This document shows, one piece after another, positions 54,401 through 64,000 of a DNA stretch of 64,000 nt. The notes beneath the pieces are model-generated. The model ran no database searches. It saw nothing but the letters and a program-made list of their open reading frames with translations, and was not told where the DNA came from. Source of the DNA: Trichoplax adhaerens. Taxonomy: Eukaryota > Animalia > Placozoa. The position numbers and the translations under genes are program-made. Position 1 is the first letter of the stretch. Each line of letters begins with the position of its first letter. The DNA lies in the NCBI RefSeq assembly GCF_000150275.1, contig NW_002060952.1, forward strand, positions 1,292,452 to 1,356,451. Reading direction: 5' to 3'.

Positions 54401-57020
54401 GATTCTCGACCGATTTGAGATACTACGGTACCGTAGGTAATAGTATAACAAGTTCTGGTAAATAGATCAAATTGCTTACAACAGCAAAAGCAGCAAAATA
54501 CCTAGCGAATTAAGGACTGAGAACTAACTCTACAGAACTGGCATAACTGCTGAATACCAAACCTAATTTGTTTATAGCATAAAGATTGTGAACAAGGTTC
54601 TTAGATTTTTTCGTTTGAACTTATAGGGCTTACTATACGAAGAAAATTCTATGATTAGTATTACCTACTGTAAGCTGAAAACAACATATCTAAATTATCA
54701 AAAATATTACTTAATTATATCTGTACACCTACAGTATTCTGTCAACTGTCACAGGCTTGGTATTATTAAGTTCTATCTACAGTAATTTATTTCTGCACAT
54801 GTTGGCAACAATAACTTACTCATCAGCTTCACTACAGACATATTCTAATATGAATCAATAGATATAATAGTATGAAATTCTGTCCTATTCCCAGTAACTG
54901 TTTACACTAAATTGTAATATAGAACCGTCTTCGTGTCTATTATATCGATGATTCATATTGTTTTGATAATATCGACATAATAATTTATCTTTACTGTACA
55001 CTATTTGTATGCACGCGTGAAATCACTATCAGTAAGAAATGTTTGTTATCGTGGTGAGTTTAAACACACGGCTTAGTCACGCATAACCCTAACAACATTA
55101 GATACCTGGTCAGAGTATGGTATTTAGGCAGGCGACTAAACTTATTGCAAATTAATAATCTATCATACTGTAGTCGACAGGCTGCTCTGTACTTCTATGC
55201 GGCAGAAATTTTAGTTTTTTATACGCGTAAGATTTTTGTTCAGGATTCCGTATGGTTGAGATCACTGATGGTGTAGAAAATTATGCTAATAAAATAGTCT
55301 ACCATAACTTGCTAACAGCTGTTGTTGCATTGATATAATCATATAGACAGCGTAAATTGCGCATGTAATCTATCCAAATTTAGTAATTTTTACAATTTTG
55401 TCAATAGCAGGTGGACTGTCCGAATATACTGTATGTATCCGCGTATAGTATAGGAAATCGTGCGAAATGACTAGATTAAAAGTCCAAGTTAGTAAATTAG
55501 TAGGAGAGTACCTTGAAGACCTCAACATTATAAATTACAACTATAGGGTAACAAATACGCAATATGTAGATACTTTTATTCATTTTATATTTTTTATTAG
55601 AAACTAGTGACATTACAGTAGCTGCTATGGCGGCTCATTTACTATACTGTGCAATGCACTAATATCAGGTGTTCTACTGTAAATTGAGTGTGTAATAGAC
55701 GCAAATTGGGATCAATGAAATAGGAATATTTTCTAGTAGTCCATGGTAAGCGGTTGCAGCTGACCACAACAGAGCTTTGCCAGGCATGCGTCTGTAGAGC
55801 GGCTTCGCAAATATCTTAAGATTCATTAAGATTATAAGAGGCTAAAACTGAATCAATACAGTTATTCATTAGTTTGTATGGCCAGACAACTCTTATGCAT
55901 GTATGCAACGCAGTCTTTATTGCAGAACTTGACATGGCTTTTAAACGTCGGTCATTTGGTGGATGAACCAATTTACGTAATAAAGTGAAACTTGGATAAA
56001 GCTGCAGTTTTTGTTATTCGATCTTGCTACGAATCACACTACCGCTTTCTTATGTTAAAGTATTCCTAAATTGGTTAACATTTTAGTCATTTTTCACGTT
56101 GTGGAGAAGGAGATACCCGATGAAGGAGACCTTATGAGAGTTGGGACTGATTCATTTCTATGTTTTATCGCATGAAGTCGTACAAATTGTACTTACAGTA
56201 TCTGCTACCTGAGTAGGTTCACTTAATTTAACATTATGCTAAAACTTTGTAAATTGTGCGTATTAAGGGTAAGTTAACTTTTAGCTGGATCTCATCTAGA
56301 CAGTCAATACTACTGCGAACTTGTACATATTGTACAGGTTACCAATAGGCTCATCAGATATCCAATGTTGCATCAACACTACGGCTGAAATGGTTTATTT
56401 GGCTAGTTCATGTTTGATCTGTCATTTGATTCCGTAAATTGGTTATACATGTACAGCAAGATGCCATCTACCTTGCGCACCGAAAGCATTTGCTTTCCTA
56501 TTATAGTGTCTGAATTATTAAGTGTTTAGGTAAAAAGTTACTGAACCTCTGACAGGTCTATCAAATGGCAATACTATCTGTTAAATGAGCACATTATCGT
56601 AAACCGTCAGCAAAGCGACGGGAGTTTGCACTAGTATAATATAATTAATCAAGCAGAAATCAGTTACAGTATGAACTAGTAAATCACACGGATACCGGAC
56701 AACAAACTCTACTTATGGTATAATACTGTTGTAAACACTTCTATACTTCTATTCGTTATTATAATGTCCAGATTCTGTAATTAGCTTATTTTTCTAAATT
56801 AAGTAAGTAATATTATATATTGTCACAAACCAAGTTGCTGACAAAGATAGCGTCAAACAAATCTCTAAATTACGATAGTCTCCGGGATTCAATATCCCTT
56901 AACTATCTTACAAGAATTGAGACGCCATTGCTTCTACGTTAAAACAACTATAAAACTCTTCTTTTATTCAAGCATCTACCGAGCTTCAATATCCTTCGGC
57001 AGCAGCTATCATGTTTGAGC

Positions 57021-57218
57021 CATAACAGTTGACGAAATTTAGCTCATATTGGATAGCTAAATTAATACAGACATTATTCATAATTTTGGAGTTTTCCAGA
57101 ACAATTCTAGATAATTAGTCATAACCATTGACGAAATTTAGCTCATATTGGATAGCTAAATTAATACAGACATTATTCATAATCTTGGAGTTTTCCAGAA
57201 CGATTCTAGATAATTAGA
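57021..57218. repeat. 99-bp tandem duplication
   Basis: TTGACGAAATTTAGCTCATATTGGATAGCTAAATTAATACAGACATT occurs twice, 99 bp apart. Confidence 0.93.
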
Positions 57219-60200
57219 CTATAGTATGTCCACACACAGAATTATTGATAATATCATCTATCATTGAACATCTTCAGGCTATTGATGACAAGCGTTACAA
57301 GACATAACACTATCGTCAATGAATATTAGTTACGTTATGAGAACTCTTACTACAATACAGCATCATTTACTGTAACAAAAAAATAATAACTACTGTAGTT
57401 CTTCCAGTAAGTCATTATTAGTTATCTCCATATATAAATGTTAAAACACTAAATTTAGTCATTGACTCTTGGCGGTGGTTGGTATCGTGACATATATTGA
57501 AATCCATTCTGTTTTACTAATCGTTGCTTGCAATCAGTTGTTTAATATCCTCCATATTCTTGAATTAATCCAAGTGATTCACAACAGTCACTACAGAAGC
57601 TATCCCTACTACAGTAGTGTAAGTAACTCATTTTCCGGTATTTTGGCTTGATTTGTGTACAATGTCTATCTGTCCGAGGTATTGTGGTCTAGAGTACAGT
57701 ACATACCCTTCACTACACAGTAGTATGTACTGTACACCATGTACGGTAGTGTGCCAATTCGCCTTGTTATTCAATTTGCAAAATGGTCAAAATATTCTCG
57801 GTTTGGTTTGGCTTTCCATTTTTCATTTTTTTTTCAATTTTAAAGTGTTGGTTTGAATTGAGGAAATGGTGAACGGTTTTCAACTTGTAGCAGACCGTGA
57901 AATGGGTGTACTTGTATACACGCATTTTGACTGTATTGGACTCATTTTACATTGGAAGACTCGCTGACCCAATCGCATCGAATAATAATATCCACTAGAT
58001 CAGACAGTTACAGCAATCGGCGGCATTCAATAATAATAATAAATAATAATAATAATGATATTAGACATGGCCGCAACGTGATGGTTAGTACAATGTACAT
58101 GTTGTTCCAAAGGATTTCTTTATGGCCATATTGATGATCGAGTACTGCATTGTACAAGTAGACTACAGTCTTGTGATGATTTCAGCACTGTATAATAGGA
58201 CAGTACTGCAGGTCTAGCAGTGTATAACTGGCAGCAGCGGACTTGCCCCATTTAGAATACAGTTGGATGGACTGGCTGTCCGAAGAAAAGAAGTTTTTGT
58301 TTCATCGCTACTTTGCATTGATTAGAATGATTAATATTGGACTGCTTCAAGAATGACAATAATATCATTCTATATTATCATTGATCAATGCATAGTACAC
58401 CATCCAGGCCCCCTCCCCCTAAACCCCTTCTGTTTTTTTTCCTGTACAGGTTGTAGTACACGATTTGACGGTGTTCTTCTGATGACTAATCTTGAAGTAG
58501 TGCATCTTGGAACTGTCCAGCAGTAGGATAGGATGATACTATACATGGTGCGCTAGCCTACTGCATATTGAGAAATAGCTGCAAATCGACAACACATCAA
58601 ATGTTGGCATTCTCGAGTGGAGTTTGCTAATTGATTGACTGGTAAAGCATCTCCTTGTTTTTCCTAGAGTATAAGACGTGAACCAGAACGCCTGGCGTTG
58701 GTTGTGCATCAGAAAAGCTATTGTATCAGCCTATTAATTAATATTGAGTAGTAAGACAGTAGATTGAAAACAGAGGCGTTGACTAACTTCTTGACTGTTT
58801 ACTGAAGTGTTTACCTTAGTAGAGTTCCTATTCAAGTTGGGTACAGGCGATTTGGCTGCACAAGTTTTCGCCAAAGCTGAACCAAGTTACTCTAAAATTG
58901 AAATTGGAAACTTCTTCTCGTAAGTCTACTTTCTCCCATAATTTTCAATTGAATGGACACCATAATAGAATCCAGGCTAAATAGGCTGGAAAATACTACT
59001 TGTATTGTACCTTGATTCTCCTCATTTCCATGTAAATCAACTTGAATAACCATTTCACAAAGCGATCCAATGCTACCTTGTTTCTTCATCATCATGACGG
59101 CTACACAGTAGAAAGCAATCAATGTTGCCATCATGATGAACATCATCATCAATCATTGATCATACTATCGTTGCTATCGTTGACGATGATCGGGTGTACA
59201 ATCTGCCTTAATGGACAAAGTATCGTATTGACAGTGATGATTATTTATTTTTTTTATTTGGTGTGGATGTGTGTGTCCAATCTACGCTTACGTGCGGCTA
59301 TTCTCTTAATTAATGTGTCTACGGTACAGCCATTTACAAATGATAAAAAAAGATCGCACACCCTTGTAAGTTAACCTCCATCTCTATTCTGGTATAGATA
59401 GACATCAGTATCTACTGTAACCACTATCGCAAACCGATTAGCAGTTTCAAGTGAAAAGATTCAACAATAGGTAAAGTTATGAACGGTGGATTTAAACTAA
59501 TCCGTCAAAGTATTCGCTTTGCAATCAGTTGGAAGGGATAATCAATGTTGATGAAATTGAATTTGAATCGATCGGCTAGGATATCAGTTGATTATAGGAG
59601 TTAAATCATCATGATCATTTTTAAATTTGATACCATAATGACTATCAAACTACTACTACTGCTATTAGGCTATCCTTGATAGCTTTTCATAGAGTACAAA
59701 TAGCAGGGACTTGACGGAATTAGTGATTTTCAGACTACATAATAAACTCTCCATTTTCACCGTTATAAGAGTACAATTATTCATGATACGTATAGGACTA
59801 CTGTAGACGTTCTTTAGCCTACAGTTGTGATATTATATCAAAATTTCGATGTAATAATAACGGATCAAATGATTGCGGTACAATCAACAATTTTAGACGT
59901 TCAAACATGATTCCAGTCAATTTTTAAAGTTGCTTTTTTATTCACTTTAAATTTCCCAGTGAATAAGAAGCAAATTGCAATACACTGGTAAAGCTAACTA
60001 TAAATCAATTGGAAACGTGACGTAAATGGATGGATGATTGCAGGCATGTCTTATGAAAAGCATCTCTTAATGAAAATCATGTTATATGTTCTTCCATTTA
60101 TTCAAAGTGATTGACTTTAAACCAAGAATTGAAAGTTTAACTACTTCATCGCTTTTATTATTATTAATAATCTAATCCACCTATAATGAATGTGTATGTA

Positions 60201-60525
60201 CTCCAGTTTTGGGAGTTTCTAGAGTTGACGAGACATTGTTACAGAATGGTTGCAGTCCACATTCATCATCAATATCATTGTGCACTGGCATGGATAGAGT
60301 GTACAGTAGACATGTCGATAGAAAGAGAGACAATCCAAACTAGGATCTGTGATTTGTGTGATCATTAGCAGCTCTGTTTACCTACTGGGCCAGCAACATT
60401 TTTACACTGTTGGTCTTGTCTAGCAACAACATCTTGAAGAATTCTTTGCTCATAGATTGTCTGTATGCTTGTACGTCTAGTGGGTCATCGTCCACTACTC
60501 CATCATGTCCATCATCTTCGATCCG

Positions 60526-61015
60526 AAAACTGTCCTATGTTGTACTCTATTTCCTTGCCTATCTTGTTAGAAAATAATATCGACGAGGAAAAATGATGCG
60601 TCCATGATAGGGCCTGGATAGGGTTACAAAATCTGTTGCATCTGTCGATTAAAAAATGCCTATTGGGATACTAGGAAATCTCCTCTGTTCGTCTTTAAAA
60701 CTGTCGTTTTCTGTACTCTCCTTCCTTACCTATTCAATTCGAAAATAATAAATGTCTACAAGGAAAAATGATGTGTCCATGATAGGGTAACAAAATCTGT
60801 TGCATTTGTTGATTAAAAAATGCCTACTGGGATACTAGGAAATCTCCTCTTTTCGTCTTTAAAACTGTCATATTCTGTACTCTCCTTCCTTGCCTATTTC
60901 AATTCGAAAATAATAAATATCTACAAGGAGAAACGATCCGTTCATGATAGGATAATAAAATCTGTTGCATCCGTAAATTAAAAGCGTCTACTGGAATACT
61001 AGGAAATCTCCTCTT
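60526..61015. repeat. Tandem repeat, 3 units of ~165-170 bp
   Basis: AAAACTGTC...AAATCTGTTGCAT...ATACTAGGAAATCTCCTCT, starting at ~60526, 60697 and 60861. Confidence 0.93.
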
Positions 61016-61019
61016 AATA

Positions 61020-61700
61020 GCGGATTGATGAGAAATTGGAGAGTGAATGAAGACTACCGGCACCGGCATTGGAACAGTGGGTGCCGATAATAATAATTAA
61101 TTAGAATCAATTCAATGGCGTACAGTATTATATTAACCTACTGTTCTATACACCGGATATCACTTCGATATCAATCATTTAGTGTCGGCGTATATATCCA
61201 TGCTAAAATGGTCGCTATAAAATAACTCATTACCGTTGAAGGATACTTCAAAGCTAAATGAAGCAGCAAAATCATAATAATTTCCGGATGCCTGCAGTAA
61301 CTATGACAATTGTGTAACATAGCTGAACGGAACAGCGTTGTAATGGCGCATCATCGTCGGCCGATATTGCATTCAACAGAATGGCTTAAAACTGCACAAT
61401 GATAGTGATATTGTCTTGCTCTTCTTTCATGGGGTATTAATTTAATGAAATCAGATAGTTTAGGAAGAAGGAGTGAATAATCCTTTTTTTTTTTTTTACA
61501 CTGACCGCTAGCGAATATCCATGTTATGAATGAATTTCCAATTACAAATGATTCTGCGATCAGACTCTATTTTCTTTAATGGGATGATGGTCTAAGAGTC
61601 AGCGTAGTTGCTCTTGTAGACACTCGTGCTCTAACGTTCCAAGATATTGTAAATGCACATACAACAATCTTATCCTTGGTAAAGATGGATTATAGTGAGT
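61020..61700 (-). pseudogene. Class A (rhodopsin-like) GPCR remnant, TM1-TM5
   Basis: Minus-strand remnants in order: IVVCAFTISWNV (TM1), TLRPSSH**SLIAES (ICL1/TM2), WIFASGQCK (ECL1), AILLNAISAD/R*CAITTLFR (DRY region) and TVPMPVPVVFIHSPI (TM5). Stops and frameshifts throughout. Confidence 0.5.
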
Positions 61701-62415
61701 AAGATATGTTGCCTACTTCCATGTACTACTAGTATATAGTGGTTCGGATGTTGGATTTATACGCCATGAATGTAGAAAATGAATATTGATTCGTTATCGC
61801 TGTAATCATGCAACACTACACGATGACACGAACTATTGGACATAAAATCCTTGGTTTCTTTACTTTGATTGAATATCCTTCGACATGTACTAATCAATTT
61901 TAAATCTTTATCGATAACCACATAGCTAGGTAAATTGCCTCATGCTCTAATACTGTTTCACTTCATGACATCATTGCACGAATTTCACGGATTTCGTAAA
62001 CTTGTTCAACAAAAGATTAATTCAAGTTTTCACGCTAGGAATTGTTGTTCAATTCGCGTTGGAAATGGATTTCTATCTCGATGCATTCAAGTGGCTGCTA
62101 TAAAGTAGCTGAGTATCGAAATTTCATTAAGTGCGTTCTCCATAGGTCGGTGATTGTAGTGTTGAACATTAAAGTACTCATGGCATAGCATCATAAATGG
62201 CATTCGTGAATAGACTTGTTGCAAGTATTGATTTGCCTCAAGGGCTTTCCAAAGTCACGCTAAAACTTACCTAAAATGAACGCTAATTAATTATCATTCC
62301 ATACCTATTTGCTACTAGACAAGTCAAATTCTTATGTCTAAGTATAATGATTTATTCCTACCTAAGGGGAGCATGACAGGCGGTCAATATCGTATCATCA
62401 TACTACCTCTAGATG

Positions 62416-62690
62416 GGCTAATTTGGAGTTTTGACCCTAATTTAGACCATACACATCTTGTGCTATTCTATAGCGAACATTAAAGTTATTTATCCAAGGT
62501 AACAGCAGCACGAGAGTAAATCAACGACTAACAAAATTCAGACAGTAGCCTATATTGGCTAATTTGGAGTTTTGACCCTAATTTATACCATACACATTTT
62601 GTCCTTTTCCATAGTGGACATTAAAGTTATTTATCCAAGGTAACAGAAGTACGAGAGTAAATCAACGACTACTAAAATTTAGATAGTAGC
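62416..62690. repeat. 141-bp tandem duplication
   Basis: GGCTAATTTGGAGTTTTGACCCTAATTTA at 62416 and 62557. Confidence 0.92.
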
Positions 62691-62704
62691 ACTGCCTATA
62701 GAAA

Positions 62705-63100
62705 TCGATCGGGTATCATTGGGAACATGCAAATAATGTGCAATTTGGTTGCCAAGATACTGCAACAAATGACAAGGAATTCATCATTTTTTTACAAGCT
62801 GTGGGTGGGTATTTGTTGAAGATAGTGTTAATTGGCAGCCCATGGACAGAATTCGGAATTATCCATTGATGAAAGTATCGATAATACAGACGTTAAATTG
62901 TCATGATCCATTCGGAAATTGAATCTTGAATAGTTTACGTTACACCTACAGAATCATAAATAATTCATTCATGATGTTCTTGTAATAGCTTGTCAGTCCT
63001 GCTTGAAATTAGTTTAAATCAGGCCCATAAATAGCCTTGTAATTGTGTCAAGTTTGGTTAAAAGAGGTGCTGTATGATAACGATTCCATTTACTATTAAA
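62705..63100 (+). pseudogene. Possible second class A GPCR remnant, TM1-TM3
   Basis: GIIGNMQIM (TM1 GN), FIIFLQAVGGYLL...SPW (TM2-like), PFGN*I (ECL1) and LVIACQ...RP (end of TM3), spread across frames with stops. Confidence 0.35.
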
Positions 63101-64000
63101 TTGAGTATTGATATGGAGGATAAATATGTATAGTAGCAGTTATATCACTTAGTTCACTAGCCAGTAATTTGTGTCTTGCATTAGAAATCTTTTGATACAC
63201 AAGGTAATGCTACGTTATAAAAATAAAAATTGACACGTTCAAGTTAGCGATTGCTACCTTGGCTGCCAATGAGCACTCTTTATGGGCCGTCTTTCACTTT
63301 TCTATCCATGATTTCAATAATAATAATAACAAGGGCTTATAATGAATGTGCTGAACAAGTACAGTATGGTTTATCGTACGATAAGCATGTTAAATAATTA
63401 ATTAGAAGATAATTTAACCCTCATATTCGATTTTAAATGTTATCATAAAGTATTTTTATTTTCATTCCCTTACTTTGCTTTACTTGGCTGATTTTTTTTG
63501 ACATAACTTGCTTGAAAAGTTTCTAATTACGATTAATTAGAAGTAGGGTTGATTTGTTATCAAGTTGTTGCAATCAGTAATAGTATCATTTGCATTGACA
63601 ACCAATTAACGTTATTGCATATCTATAGGGCCACAAGAATAATGCATTACCGTTGTTGTCATTTATACTTTACTTGTAGAAAAAAGATCGATATTATCTG
63701 TAGAAAAGGATTTCTACTTTGCTTAAAGATAAAAAAGGCCGTTGGTATCTGTAGAAAGTCATTTTTTCTATTTTGTCCATTCATTTCTCATAGTAAAATA
63801 AAGCAAAATGTCGATACGGGACAAACTAGCAATTGTAGAGAAAGCTGAAATACATCACGTACTACTGCTGACTTCCAATGGACTGTTTGCCTTTTTTGTA
63901 GTCTCCTACAGTACTACTGTCTCTTTTTTTTCGTGATGCTACTAAATATGTCAATTAGCTTGTTTGTCTGCGATAGTTGGTAACTACTGCATGTCAATGA

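Overview
AT-rich eukaryotic (animal) genomic DNA with short GT-AG introns. The gene style suggests a non-bilaterian such as a placozoan, but this is inference only. The one clearly intact gene is Pitx (K50 PRD-class homeodomain plus C-terminal OAR motif; coding exons 36819-37025 and 37353-37787, 213 aa). It sits in a ~29 kb block with no recognisable transposons or other genes, with a candidate TATA/Inr promoter and ATG-free 5' UTR exons ~12 kb upstream. The flanks are repeat-rich and carry decayed signalling genes. On the left is an SLC6 transporter pseudogene. On the right are a head-to-head pair of divergent PKA regulatory-subunit (RII-like) loci, one keeping an intact terminal exon with a degenerate cAMP pocket, and two class A GPCR remnants. 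Mobile DNA includes two ~98% identical solo LTRs in inverted orientation bracketing Pitx (one with its empty site preserved next to it), a second solo LTR family with a perfect TSD, and a possible third older LTR. There is also a 4x ~260-bp tandem array whose mini-hairpins show compensatory substitutions and Helitron-like junctions. Protein similarities were judged by eye against remembered family consensus sequences; no searches were run.
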